DNA from: Raja brachyura
Taxonomy: Eukaryota
Assembly: GCA_963514005.1 (NCBI GenBank)
Contig: OY740811.1
Location: 29,202,001 to 29,266,000 of the forward strand
Reading direction: 5' to 3'
Length of the DNA stretch: 64,000 nt
Every line of letters begins with the position of its first letter. Positions within the stretch are counted from its first letter, which is position 1. The position numbers and the translations under genes were made by a program. This document shows positions 13,525 through 28,230 of the stretch, piece by piece. The notes beneath the pieces are model-generated. The model made no database searches. It was not told the origin of the DNA and was given only the letters and a program-made list of their open reading frames with translations.

Positions 13525-14302
13525 TAAACACCACAGAAACAGGCCCTTTGGCCCGACTCCCACGCAAACGAATATGTCTACCTGAGCTGGTCCCATTTGC
13601 CTGCTTTTTTCCAAGATCTCTAAACCTTTACTATCCATGTAGCTGTCTAAGTGTATTTTAAATATTGTACATGTATCCACTTCTATAGCTCGTTCTATAT
13701 ACTCACCACCCTCAGTGTCGAAAAAGTTGCCTCAGTCCCTTTTCAAACCCTAACCTAACCCTCTCATTTTAAACCCTCTTACCCTGGAAAAAGAACTGAC
13801 CATTCACCGTCTTGATGCCCTCTCATGATTTTATATCCTTTTCAATCCAACTATCCAGGAAAAGAGATCCCAGCTTGTCCAGTCTTTCCTTATAACTTAA
13901 GCCCTCTAGTCCCGATAACTCCCTCATGAATGTTTTCTGCACCCCTTAGAGATTAATTTCATCCTCATGACAGCTGGGCATCCAGAATTGCACGCAACTT
14001 ACAGGCCCTTCAGCCAAACCGTCACACTCCGGCCGATAATGTCCCAGCTCTACTAATCCCACCTGCCTGCGCTTGGTCCATATCCCTCCAAACTAGTCCT
14101 ATACATGCACCTGTCTAATAACTGTTTCTTAAATGATGGGATAGTCCCAGCCTCTGGCAGCTTGTTCCATACATCCACCACCCTTTCTGTGAAAAAGTTT
14201 TCCCCTTCACCTTGAAACTATGTCCACTGGTCCTCGATTCCCCTACTCTCAGCAAGAGACTCTGTGCATCTACCCAATCTAATCCTCTCATAATTCTGTA
14301 CA
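13525..14302 (-). mobile_element. Two adjacent CR1-type LINE 3' fragments
   Basis: Antisense C-terminal peptide YRIMRGLDWVDAQSLL..GESRTSGHSFKVKG and 3' tails. Confidence 0.75.
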
Positions 14303-15010
14303 CTAAATGTCCAGCAAAACAATTGCATGTGGATAATCATTCTGCTCTGCACACCTCTTAAGGCCCTAGATCTTTTCGGAAAAAATGGGATATATACCGG
14401 GCACCTGGAGGACTACATTGACATCATAGAACTTCTGTCTTGATATGGAATTGGTTGGGCAGAGTCATACAGGCGTGGTGAGCTGAATCATCACTTTCAC
14501 AAACAAACCTGCAAACTCCTGAAAACACCCCAACGATCCTGCTGACGTCTTCTCTGTCCTCAAAAACCTTCGAAACATCCCCATCCACAAACCGCTCCCC
14601 CCTTCCCATCTCCAAACTCCCTTTCCTTTTCAATGTCCTAAATATCTTGTATTCTCCCAAATTTTGGTCCATCGGATATGGAATTCAAATTTTAAATTAT
14701 TCATCCAATCAGTTTTGCCCCGCCACGGTTCTGAAACAACTGTAATCAACGCTGCCAATTGTGGGATTGTATTAAATGTAATCATTCCTTGTCCTGTTTG
14801 ATCTGTCACCTTTAATGCCATTGATCACATATTCTCTCCATTGCCTCACCACTGTTTTCTAGCTGAATCAGACTCACTCTGCATCCTTATTTTCAAATCC
14901 ATCCATGATCTTGCTCTTCCCAATCTCAGAAATTTACTCCAGCTCTCTACCCCTCTAACAATTCACTGTTCTTTCATTTCTGGCCTTTTGAACGTCACTG
15001 AATTTAATTG

Positions 15011-15190
15011 AGACTCAAGGAACTGCAGATGTTAATATCTTAAGCAAAACACAATGTGCTGGAGGAACTCAACAGGGCGGGCAGCATCTGTTGGAATAGC
15101 ATCTGAAGAAAGGTTCCAACCCAAACATTGCTTATCCATTCCCTCCACAGATGCTGCCTGCCCTGCTGAGTTCCTCCAGCACGTTGTGTT
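15011..15190. mobile_element. Penelope terminal-repeat derivative, fold-back form
   Basis: 16-bp TSD tcactgaat(t/c)taattg at 14995-15010 and 15191-15206. Confidence 0.8.
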
Positions 15191-15629
15191 TCACTGAATC
15201 TAATTGCTTCAGCGCAGGCAGCTGTGCCTCTAGCTGATTTGATCCTACGGTTAGCAGTTCACCCACTAATCCAGCCAATCTCTTTCTACTTCTTGGGTAT
15301 AAAAATGAGCAGTAACACTAATAATGATTTTCAGGAAGACTCCTGTTTTCTTTGCTTTCTGACACTTAACCAGTTTGATATCCATACCTCTACCTCATTT
15401 CAATCCTCTTGGCATTAATTTTATCCTTTGAAAGATCAATAGATTTAGCCCTATTCCCCAGTTTCCCCATTCCCTTTTGAATTTTATTTCTGAATCTGCT
15501 TTGACCACATTCTCACACCAAAAAATGTTACATTATTATTCTCTGCCTCAAATCTTCTCCAAAATCTGCCAAAAATATAACACTTCACATCTCTCACTGT
15601 TAAATGTGTTCTGCAACATCTGCCCCTTT

Positions 15630-15960
15630 TCCCATCCATATCTAGTGGTCTGTTACTACTATCAGGATGAAGGTACAGAAACATTAAAAGGTTCAACAAC
15701 ATTCTTCCCAGCAACTATCAGACTCTTGAACACTACACATTAATCTCAGCAACTATGAACTTCTATGGACTGTGTCTATGGTTGCACTCCAAACTTAGGG
15801 TTTTTTTGCACTAGTATTACAGTTATTAAGTTACAGCAACTTAATAATAGTAATACTAATACTTTTTGAATTATTATATTATCTGCATATATTGTGCTGA
15901 CTGGCCTGTTAAGCTGACGCAGCTAAGAATTTAATTGTTCCATAGTTGGTACACATGACA
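15630..15960 (+). mobile_element. Rex1/Babar-like LINE 3' remnant
   Basis: FFPATIRLLN peptide and AT-rich tail. Confidence 0.5.
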
Positions 15961-16509
15961 ACCCCTAAATGAGCGGTCGTCCCAACACTGATCTTCAGGC
16001 GGTCACCGGTGTTTACATCCCTCAGTCTAATTGCTTGTCTCTGCTTTCTGACCCTGAACCAGTTTCACTTACCTTCTCCATACATGGGTTTCGACTTTGC
16101 TAACAAATATTTTGTGGCACATTTTCTGACACCCTTTGAAAGTCAGTAAGCAGAAATTATGATGTAAATTATTATTACCCATGTGTGTGTGTACTCTTAC
16201 CTCCACTTTCAGAAAAGTTGAGTTCATTTACACCTTTTTAGGTTACAAAAGTCAGAGCTATTCATTTTCACACATGAGGGACAATTGTAAATTACCATAT
16301 TTTTTGAATCAGTGCTATATGATTACCTTTGTTGTTAGTTTGTTGCTTTCCTAAGTAGGCATCTTGTGCTTACAGTTCCGCAAAACCTTATCAATGATGA
16401 ATGATTTATTTTCTCATGGAAGTTACCACACAGAATCTCAGAGTCTCTACAAGCCCAATGTATCAATTATCTGGCACACAGGAATTTACAGCAATCAACT
16501 TATTTGACC

Positions 16510-16639
16510 AGTCTGAAGAAGGGTCTCGACCCGAAACGTCGCCTATCTCCTTCGCTCCTTAGATGCTGCTGCACCCGCTGAGTTTCTCCAGCCTTTTGTG
16601 TAACCCTCGATTCTCCAGCATCTGCAGTTCCTTCTTTAA
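16510..16639 (+). mobile_element. Penelope terminal-repeat copy with intact hammerhead-like core
   Basis: 14-bp TSD caacttattt(g/a)acc; colinear with 63650-63784. Confidence 0.85.
16513..16540 (+). ncRNA. Minimal hammerhead-ribozyme-like motif
   Basis: CTGAAGA-A-GGGT(CTCG)ACCC-GAAAC-GTC; palindromic ACGT stem III; stem I weak. Confidence 0.55.
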
Positions 16640-19444
16640 CAACTTATTTAACCCATCATGCAGCTTCCCAACTTTGATTTGCAATGACCACAAATAACCC
16701 AAAGGTTTTTTGAAGTCAATTAATCATATTTTCAGGAGGTGTTATGAAATTATTAACAGTTCCCACCTCAATTTTAACATTCAAACATTCAAAATGATCA
16801 TTTTAAGCATGTAATACAGGAAGATTGAAGAAGTATGAATAAAAATTGTGACAGGCAATCGCAGATCCATGCTCACACACCATTGTGTTACACTTCCACA
16901 ATTCTGTTTTTTTTCCCCAAATAGGAATAATATTGCTAAAGATGGTTAAATATACAAAACAAACCAAGAATACTGTTAGAATTATCTCCTGCTTGCTGTT
17001 TTTGGGGGGTGGGGGGGTGGTGGTGTGGGTGTATAGTATTATTTCATTGGAGTGTTTGCACTTTTCTTATTTCTATGTTCTATATATCACTTTAGTGGAT
17101 GAACCATCTGAGTATGCCTTCTCTAAGTAATGCTTTGACAGTCTTCCTGATTCATAGTGCAACTCTTCGAACTCTTTTCCCTCCTCAATCATGTTTTGAG
17201 ATCGACTCCCAAAACCAAGGGATGGATTGCATAATCATCAGTGCCATCAAGCAGCGCTTCCTCATCAATAACCTGCTCACTGTTACACAGATTGGGTTTT
17301 TGCCCGGTCCACTTAGTTTTTGGCCCCATCACAGTCCAACATAGGACAAAGGTTAAATGTGAGGTGCGAATGACTAAAAAGTCACATTGTTACCACCAAC
17401 AGAGGTAACAGGTAACAATGCAGCTAATGATCATTTCCAGGAGACTGGCATTCGAGTGCTTCCATATCAAGCATCACCAAAACTACCCGCAGCAGAATCT
17501 GTGGGCACTTAGTACAGACACCAGTGGAAACAAATCGTCCTTGACTCTGATGGAACACCTAAGAATTACAGTGCAATTTTCTTGGTGAACCATGTTCTCA
17601 AATACCAATTGCTTTGTACTTTTGTGGGTAGGTGGCTGCCAAGCCAACCAATTTGTTTTTGTATGAGGGAAATTCCTGTTAACTCCCTCCAAATACACAC
17701 CCTGTTCGTATTACATCAGGAATATTGGTAATGAGAGAGGTTTGTGTTTATGCTCAGGGCAGAGGATGTGAGCAATATTTCTGATTTTCAGTTTCAAATG
17801 ACATAAGTGATGGAAGCATTCTTGTAGGCAATTAGGATATGTTAGAACTTGAATAGCTCCAATGAAAAATAGATTATTCGCATTATTACATTACTCATTA
17901 CCTGCCACCTCTATTGGCTCTAGAAAGTCCTTTGCTGAATATGAAATTGCAAAAGGTACTATTATGAACATACCCACTTTTTGTATAAAGTTTATGCGCA
18001 CAACACAAGTGGCTACATTACATCACCACAGAACAACACATGATGTCTACAGATGGCTGCATATAGATGGATAAAGTCAGTAGGATAAATCACTGGCAAA
18101 TAGTGTCATTTGGGATAGAGTTGCATTGGGTGGAAATTTGAGTGCAGTCTGATGTCTTCCCAATTACATTATTTGAATGTAATAGGAACTTGCTGAAAAC
18201 TTGACAACTTCTGTATCTAGCTGGAATATGTTGGGCATTTTGTACTGAACATATGGCATAACTAGGTTCCATACAAAATTTCAACCAGATGATACCCCCA
18301 CTTTGCAATAGCGCATAGAACAGTAAGCAGAGGACTTCAGTTCACTATCAAGTCAGAAATGTAAAACCACATGACAAAAGCTTAACCTTTGAAATACATA
18401 GCAAGATTTAGAATGGTGTTTATAAGTTTCCTGGGAAGTCAGTAGGAACAAAGTTCAAGAGGAACCTAAAGAGGTGATAAGATGGTGACATGTTGATAAC
18501 AACAGTGAGGTGGTGTTCTTAAGGTTACAGCTTAAAATCACTGAATGCATTTATTGAATTCAATTATGAAACATGGACAATCATAGGTTATTGAAAACTA
18601 AATGGCTCCATTAGAAGGTATCAGTCAAAGCAAAACCGAGCCCAAAATTCACATGGCCCCACTTCCACATCACGAGGTTGTCCCCAGGCCCTCAGGCCCA
18701 TGACAAATTGGGACAGGCAGTAACTAAGTGTTTACCCATGCCAAAACATTTCCAGTGCGAGCTAAATTTTTGCTAGATGATTCATATGGGATTGAAGCTT
18801 TTTTTCTAATCCAACCTTCTTCATTATTTAAGCATAAAAATTGAGGTATTTTAAATTGTGGAATATGGAGGGAGAGAATCGCAAACTGAAATCTGGGGTA
18901 TGGCTGAAAACAGTGGTGACTTCAAGGAGAGGCCATAAACTGAGGAAGGTTGGAAGATCCAGTTTTATGTGAGAGTGGGGTAAGCCGACGATTTCTTCAC
19001 CCGTACATCACAGAACATGTCGGAGACACATATGTTCTATTTGGTTCCAGATAATCCACGTTGTAAACAGTGAAGTAAGATTGCAGGCGCCCTTCATCTA
19101 CTGCCATCCATGGTGGCGTCCATGATACGTCAGTTGCAAATGTGTCATCTCCAAAACTAATGACAAAATGACAAATATATTTATCACTTGATGGGTCAAC
19201 TTTACTACAGTTCCACGGGTGAAGTGGAACTCCAGTTTCATAAAAGGAGAATAAAAAATGTTGCAAATGCAGGGTAATCTTGCTGAGACGTCTGTTCCAC
19301 ACTTCTATAAATTACAGCAGTCTAATTACTGTCCTACTCGGAGTTTGGTTACAAAGTTCTCACATGAAATGTCTCTTGGGTTTTGTGAACAATCCTGGTG
19401 CAGGAAGTTCGTATCCATCCAAAGCTTCTACATGAGATTCTGCT

Positions 19445-19920
19445 TTAGGAATGCGGCATATATCATCAAGGAACTTCACCATCTGAGCCATGCTCTCTGC
19501 TTGCGACTACCATCGGGCAGGAGGTACAAAACCCGATTCAGGAATAGTTACTTTCCTACAACCATCAGGTTCTTGAACCAATGTTTAAGAAAGAACTGCA
19601 GATGCTGGTAAAATCGAAGGTAGACACAAAATGCTGGAGTAACTCAGCGGGTGAGGCAGCATCTATGGAGAAAAGGAATTGGCGACGTTTCGGGTCGAGA
19701 TCCTTCTTCAGACTGATGTCAGGGAAGGGACAAAGAACCAACCTGCATAACCCTAATCCTACTTCGGTAATGGAACACCAGGAACCATTTCTTGCACTAC
19801 CATGGACTTGTTTACTAATTATGTTTTGCACTAAGGTTTTCTTTTTACTGTTGTATGTCGTTTCCATGTAGCCAGATCTATGTACCTGAACCTCCCCGTA
19901 TGACAATAAACTTGACTAGA
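19445..19920 (+). mobile_element. Rex1/Babar-like LINE 3' end with nested Penelope repeat
   Basis: LPSGRRY..RFRNSYFPTTIRFLN peptide; tail tgacaataaacttgact. Confidence 0.65.
19582..19734 (-). mobile_element. Penelope terminal-repeat copy
   Basis: TSD gaaccaa (19575-19581, 19735-19741); hammerhead-like motif on - strand. Confidence 0.8.
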
Positions 19921-20419
19921 CTTGTTCCCTTCATGGCTCGGCAGTCTGGCACAAACACCCCTATCCCACGCATTCCACCGTTGAAGGCTCCCTCCCCTTA
20001 TAGTTATTTCAACTGTTCTGGTGAATTTGTCCTGTCATTGAAGCAGAAGACTGGGATGGTGCCTCTTCTGTATGTTTGTGAGTGACAACATCAGTTTCAA
20101 CTAGTTTGTGGGACCACTCTATATAACTGTTATCATGTCCCTCCCTCCTGGTGAGATGCCAGATGAGCGAAACACAAAAAAAAGACTATCTACCGATTGC
20201 CAAAGATTGCCTTTTTAATACCACTTCGCAATAATACATGCAATCTTACCTCTGAATTATCAAAGCAGGGGATGTATTCCACACGCTCAAGACAAAAATT
20301 AGGATGCCACATCAATGCTGAGGTTGGGTGTATAACCCAAGGGGATTCTTCAATGCTGCATTGCCTTTAATTTAAAACATTTGTGACCCATCTGCCTTTG
20401 CAAATGGATGCAAATATAG

Positions 20420-20876
20420 ACAATTGACAATAGGTGCAGGAGTAGGCCATTCGAGCCAGCACCGCCATTCAATGTGATCATGGCTGATCATCCCCAATCA
20501 GTAGCCCGTTCCTGCCTTCTCCCCATATCCCCTGACTCCACTATTTTTAAGAGCCCTATCTAGCTCTCTGTTGAAAGCATCCGGAGAACCTGCCTCCACT
20601 GCCCCTGAGGCAGAGAATTCCACAGACTCACAACTCTCTGTGTGAAAACGTGTTTCCTCATCTCCGTTCTAAATGGCTTACTCCTAAACTGTGGCCCCTG
20701 GTTCTTGACTCCCCCAACATCGGGAACATGTTTCCTGCCTCTAGCGTGTCCAAGCCCTTAACAATCTTATATGTTTCAATGAGATCTCCTCTCATCCTTC
20801 TAAACTCCAGAGTGTACAAGCCCAGCTGCTCCATTCTCTCAGCATATGACAGTCCCACCATCCCAGGAATTAACAT
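20420..20876 (-). mobile_element. CR1/HER1 LINE 3' fragment
   Basis: LIPGMVGLSYAERMEQLGLYTLEFRRMRGDLIETYKIVKGLD plus 3' tail. Confidence 0.9.
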
Positions 20877-21439
20877 GATTCCATGTTAAATTTAAATAAT
20901 TTCATGAATTGTAGAGGAGTACAATAGCTGTCCCTGTTTGTCTGGGTAATATTTATTCTCCGATAAGCACTGCAACAAGAGATTATCTCATCACCTACCT
21001 GTCCCTCAATCCCCCAAATAATCCCACATTTCTACCTTTTCCTATTCACCAAGACACATTCACACCTTCTCCTAAGGCGCACTAATACCACTCAAACTAT
21101 TTAACTTTCTAGCCCCTGGTTTCCCCATTCCACCTTCCCAGCCTCCTCACCCACTATAACCCTGTTGTTTCCCCACCTCACCACGTTATCCCTTTCCACC
21201 ATCCTTCACTGTCTCATGACTTAATCCACTCTTCTATCTGTCAAGAACGTGCCATACTACCCACATTCTCAGCCCCATCCCTCTGCCCCCGCAGCCCTCT
21301 CCATAAGAGGGTGTTACTCCACGGTCTCAAGGCGTAATCTCCTCCCTCTCCCCTGCCCCTCATCCTCCCCAACACTCCCTCCCACCCCTTCCCTCATCCC
21401 TCATCCCCACCCCCTCTCCTCATCCCCCCCGATCCCTCC

Positions 21440-21600
21440 TGTTTTCAAGAAATTGTTAGATTTAGCTCTTTAGGTTTAAAGGGATATGGGGGAAAAGCAG
21501 GGACGGGGTATTGATTTTAGATGATCGGCCATGATCATATTGAATGGCTGTGCTGCCTCAAGGGGCCGAATGGCCTACTGCACCTATTTTCTACTGTTTC
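21440..21600 (+). mobile_element. CR1/HER1 LINE 3' end
   Basis: Same 3' tail family as 4620-4768. Confidence 0.75.
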
Positions 21601-22200
21601 TTCATCCTTCCCCCTCATCATCCATACTCCCTTCTCATCCCTCCCACCTCATCCCTCCCTCTCATCCTCTTCCCACTTCTCCTGATCCTACTCCCACCTC
21701 ATCCCCCATCCCCTTCCCACCTTTCCTCATCCCCCTTCCCACCTCTCCTCATCCTAATCCCACCTCTCCTCATCCTATTCCCCTCATCCCTTTCCCACCT
21801 CTCCTCATCCTAATCCCACCTCTCCTCATCCTACTCCCCTCATCCCTCATCCCCTTCCCATCTCTCCTCATCCTAATCCCACCTCTCCCCATCCTAATCC
21901 CACCTCTCCTCATCCCACCTCTCCTCATCCTACTCCCCTCATCCCCTTTCCACCTCTCCTCATCCTAATCCCACCTCTCCTCATCCTAATCCCACCTCTC
22001 CTCATCCCCTTCCCATCTCTCCTCATCCTAATCCCACCTCTCCCCATCCTAATCCCACCTCTCCTCATCCCACCTCTCCTCATCCTACTCCCCTCATCCC
22101 TCATCCCCTTCCCACCTCTCCTCATCCCCTTCCCACCTCTCCTCATCCCCTTCCCACCTGTCCTCAGTCATCCCACCCTCCATCCTCACACCCCTCATCT
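21601..22200. repeat. C/T-rich minisatellite, about 21-bp unit CCCACCTCTCCTCATCC(TAAT/CCTT)
   Basis: Directly visible tandem units; + strand almost devoid of G. Confidence 0.95.
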
Positions 22201-22389
22201 CTCCCACCCACCGCTGCTCCTTCCCCATCACTCATTTACCCCCATCCACCCTTCAGATCTTCCATAATGTATATACACTCAACCCGCCTCCATATCTTCT
22301 CCCTTCCAGAGTGTACTGCGGCAATGAAAAAAAACAAAAACAAATGGCATGTTGAGGGGAGAAGCAGCACCAGCACCTCTTGCCCAGGG

Positions 22390-23517
<1,128 letters not shown>

Positions 23518-26500
23518 TGAGTGACCGCTTTCAATGCGGAGTTTGGCGCAATGTCGGGCAATAGGGAGCAGCCGGCAGATTGGTGGATGATCCGCCTGCT
23601 GTGTTTTGCTGATACGGGACTAAAACACTCATTTCCCGTTATTAAACCGGCTCTATCTAACATGAACACCATAGAAATAGATTTCTATAGGAATGATTAA
23701 TTGAAAAGAGATGCCTGGAGATTTGCAGGAAATAAATTAGAATGATCAAGTATTATTACACGAAAGAGAAAGGATATTCAATGAGATCATACCTGACCTA
23801 ACTCCACAAACCAACCTCTTCTTCCATATCCTTTAGCATGTTAACAATCTAATAATCCCAAATACACATTTTGCAAATGTTTAGCATAAATTGCCACATA
23901 CAGAAACTAATTCCGATTTTTTATAACCTTTTACATATTGAATTAATTTATAACTTCACTAACAAAAGGATCTTGATTTTTAGACAACTCATTGAGGTTG
24001 TCTTGAGTTAAGTGTAATTTGATTGAATATCTTAAACTTCAATCAAATCATGAAAGTATTTTCCTGCAAACTACCTTTCAAAGGCAATGAATGAGTCATT
24101 CATTAGGTGTGGTACCCTGAATTGCTCACATAACTATAAGAGTATTTGTTTTATTGTAATAGTTGCAACATTTAGTTAGAATTCAAATGGAAATATTTTG
24201 TATTTGGCAGAAGGTAATTGCAGGAATTTGGGGGTATGGGGATTAAAGATCAAAATTAGAGTTTCTGCCTTTACAGGGAGTATCCCCTTTTAAAGTTGCT
24301 AAATAAATTCAGTTTGAGAACAATTGTAGCTTCGTGAGCAATAAGAGAACTAAAAAAAATGTATTTTTGATATTGGGGTCATTGAGTCATTTATAGGTTT
24401 ACAATATGATCAAAAACTATGATGGAAGTTTCTTGAGTGCAAAGGAGGGCTGTCACATTTTAAATAAGATGTTGCTAGGTTCTAAGAAATTAATTTATTA
24501 ATTGAGATTTCCATAAAACGTGCAATATGTGTATGAAGGTCCTCATTTTATCCAGGAACAATGCAAAGTTGTCTGCTGTTAAGTGTCCAAAACAGTAGGA
24601 CAAACCACATCATGACGTGCATGCTAATGTGAAACTTGAGCTGGGTTTGTCTGCAATATGTGAGGTTGAGAGCCAACATTGATGGGCTTTGGGGTTGGTT
24701 CTTGATTCTTTCTCTGTCAGTAATACAACCAGCTTAAAAATCGGGAAAGCTGATTTACACTAATTTCACGATCAATATCTTCACTTCTTCAAGGGTGATT
24801 TACATGTAAATCCTTTAAAATGAAGTCTAGATTTTCTAATTTAAGATTGTTCACTGTTCTGTCAGCAGGCCAATCTGTATAGAAATTGCTATGTGTCATG
24901 GTCTGAGTTTGGAGACTTTTGAGATGGTTTGAGATGGTATCAAAGAACAGTTTGTTACTGGCTTCAGCTCCACAATGAATAGCCGCATAAATGTGGGGAA
25001 ATTATGGTTAAAATATGCAGCGTTTTATTGTAGTGTTACTAAATGATGTTATGAGAATGATTTGAGTCTCAAAATTACATCAGCTTTTTAAAGGAATAAT
25101 TTGAAGTTAATAATGTTATCCTTTTAAATGATGTAATTTAAGATTGACTGAAGGAGCTGGAAGTTAGTTGTAGAATATAAAACACAAAATTGTAATTTCC
25201 GCAAATTAAATGGAAAATGGTTCTGCTTTCAGCAGCCCCTGAATATTTTTGTAGTAAATTATGAATTGTTATTCTTAGAAGGAGCTATTCAAGCTGTTTT
25301 AATATCAAGGTCTTTCGTTAACAATGTATATACAAAGTGAGTGCACACAATGCAGAGATAAATCAATATGCAGTCTGATAGCTTCCTATTTTCCCTTGCA
25401 GTCCAAATGCAGAAAATTCATGCCAGGTGTTTCTCATTTTGATGAATCTCTACAGTTGCTCTGCTTTCTGTGTGTTAGTAAAGCATCACAGCATAGCACG
25501 CAGTCTGGAGGCTTCAGTAAGATCGTTGGATTTTAAATTCTTTCTCACTATTGTAATGATCCCTTTGATGCATACTTTGCAGGCCACACCAAGAATTAAA
25601 TACTTTCAGGCTGCCTTGAATACTTCTGTAAATGCCAACAAGTGGATTAAAGTAAAATGTTGAATGTCATTTTTGGGTTGGATACTGTACTGAAGGGATA
25701 ATTATAGAGGTACTGACTGCATTTGCAAATTATGCCAAGTATATCTTGATTAAAGCAAATTAGGTGAAAGAGAATATGAAAGTGTTCAGCTGCAATATAT
25801 TGATATCTACTTATAAAGCGCAGGGTGAAAAAATTAGGGGTGAGTCTAAATGATGACATCTTACCTCCGATGGATATTTGAAGTGTTGGCAGGCAGGTTA
25901 CTTCAAATTCAGCCCTTCATGATCTAATTTTGACATCAACATCACTCTTCCATTCGTGCTAAACTCTTTGATTCACTTGTACTTTAAAATGTCTGACCAT
26001 CCTTGACTTTAATACATTCGAGAATAATGTCCCTGAGTTCTTAAACGTAGAGAACATCAAAGATTCACGACTCTCGGAGAAGAAAACATGTCATTAATGG
26101 GTGACCCCTTAGTCTGAAACACTGCCCCTAATTCTTGGCATTTACACTGACGGCAGCATTCTCTCATCATCCATTCATTCAATCCCTTTCAACATTTTAC
26201 ATATTTCAATAAGATCGCCTTTTATCCTCCAATGGAATGGATATTAGCTGAACTTGCCCAATATTTTTTATCACTCAGCAATCAAGCTGGTGAACCATTT
26301 CTGCACCACCCCCAATACAAATGTATCCTTTCTTGGATAAGGAAACTAAAACTGTGCACTACTCCAGGTGCTCTGTCATCAGCGCTTAGAAAGTTGCATC
26401 AAAACGTTTACCATGAAGAGCAATCCACAATAATAAGAAACTTTGCCTTTTCTAAATTCCCCAAAATTATTTTGCCTCCTTTTCCTCTGATGGGTTATGT

Positions 26501-26999
26501 CAGATACTCTATTTTCATGATACCGATTGAAGCTTTTACTTTCTATATTTGCTAATTTGATCATCCATTATCATCTTCTTTGATCCATTATTATCAACTT
26601 TGCTGCATTCAAAAAAACATTCTAGCCGATCATTGCTCTTCATATTATTTATTTCTTCCAGTTTGACACCATCCTCAGAAGGTGCCTTTCTCTTAGAGCT
26701 TTGTTTTCCTTCACTGAAATGTACCTTTGCTGAGAATTTGAAACTTTTTAAATGTCTGTCACCACTGATGTAACATTTTGCCTTCTAGTCTATTTTTCTG
26801 ATAGATACAAACTTTGCCTCATAGCACTGTATTTGCCTTTTATTTCAATTTAGGATACTAGTTGCAAACCCAATTTCCTTGAAATTCTTTGGTGCGATAT
26901 TCATTCTTTTCTAGGAGATCGTTTATTATAAGATCATTAATTAATCCCCTGTCATTATACATCATCAGACAGAAAATAACCTGTACCCTTTTGATTCAC

Positions 27000-28230
27000 T
27001 AAGGAAGACACAAACAATCTCCCAGAAATACTAGGGGACTGAGGATCTAGTGGGACAGAGGAACTGAAGGGAACCATCATTCATCAGGAAATGGTGTAGG
27101 TAAACTGTTGGGACTGAAGCCAGATAAATCCCCAGGGCCGGATGGTCTGCATCCCAGAGTACTCGAGGAGGTGGCCCTAGAAATTGTGGATGCATTGGTG
27201 ATCATTTTCCAATGTTCTCTCACTCTGGATCAGTTCCTGAGAACTGGAGGGTAGCCAATGTAACATCTCTTTTTAAGAAAGGAGGGAGAGAGAAAACAAG
27301 GAATTATAGACCAGTTAGCCTTACATTGGTAGTGGGAGGAAGATGCTCGAGTCAATTGTTAAAGATGTTATAGTAGCTCATTTGGAAAGCAGTGACAGGA
27401 TTAGTCAAAGTCAGCTTGGATTTATGAAGGGAAATAATGCTTGACTAATCTGGAATTTTGTGAGCATGTAACAAGTAGAATGGATAAGGCGAGCCAGTGG
27501 ATGTGGTGTATCTGGACTTTCAAAACGCCTTTGACAAGGTCCCACACAAGAGATTAGTGTGCAAAATTAGAGCACATGGTATTGGGGGTAGGGTATTAAC
27601 ATAGATAGAGATTTGGTTGGCAGACAGGAAGCAAAGAGGAATTAACGGGTCCTTATCAGAGTAGCAGGCACTGACTAGTGCCGCAAGGCTCAGTGCTGGG
27701 ACCCCAGTTATTTACAAAATATTAACGATTTGGACGTTAATTAAATATGACATCTCCAAGTTTGTGGATGTCACAAAGCTGGGTGGCAGTGTGAGATGCT
27801 ATGAGGCTGCAGGGTGACTTGGATAGGTTGGGTGAGATAGGAGATGCATGTGGATAAATGTGAGGTTGTCCACTTTGGTGCAAGAACAAGAAGGCAGATT
27901 ATTATCTGAATGGTAAACACAAAATGCTGGAGTAACTCAACGGGTCAGGCAGCATCTCAGGAGGGAAGGAATGGGTGACGTTTTGGGTCGAAACCCTTCT
28001 TCTGACTACTCTGAGGGTGTCAGATTAAAAAAAGGGGAGGTGCAACCAGGCCAGTTCACTGGATGTTTTCAAGAGAATTAGTTTTAGCTCTTAAGGCTAA
28101 AGGAATCGGAGGGGATATGGGGAATAAGCCTGAATGGGGTACTGATTTTCGATGATCAGCCATGATCATATTAAAGGGCGTGCTGGCTCGCAGGGCCGAA
28201 TTGCCTATTCCTGCACCTATGTTTCTATGA
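27000..28230 (+). mobile_element. CR1/HER1 LINE, degraded RT region and 3' end
   Basis: DKSPGPDGLHPRVL and VDVVYLDFQ.AFDKVPH motifs, frameshifted. Confidence 0.9.
27915..28007 (-). mobile_element. Penelope terminal-repeat fragment nested in CR1
   Basis: Interrupts the CR1 sequence tatctgaatggtgtcagatt that is intact at about 46282-46303. Confidence 0.75.

Larger units (their letters stand above)
9155..20330 (-). pseudogene. Candidate decayed multi-exon gene of unknown identity (possibly a secreted Cys-containing protein)
   Basis: Series of - strand coding-like blocks with AG/GT boundaries, in-frame stops and TE insertions; no family recognised. Confidence 0.35.

Noticed and set aside
21531-22146. 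Pro/Leu/Ile-rich and MRRGG-repeat ORFs
   Set aside because: Translations of the stop-free minisatellite; no splice or homology support.
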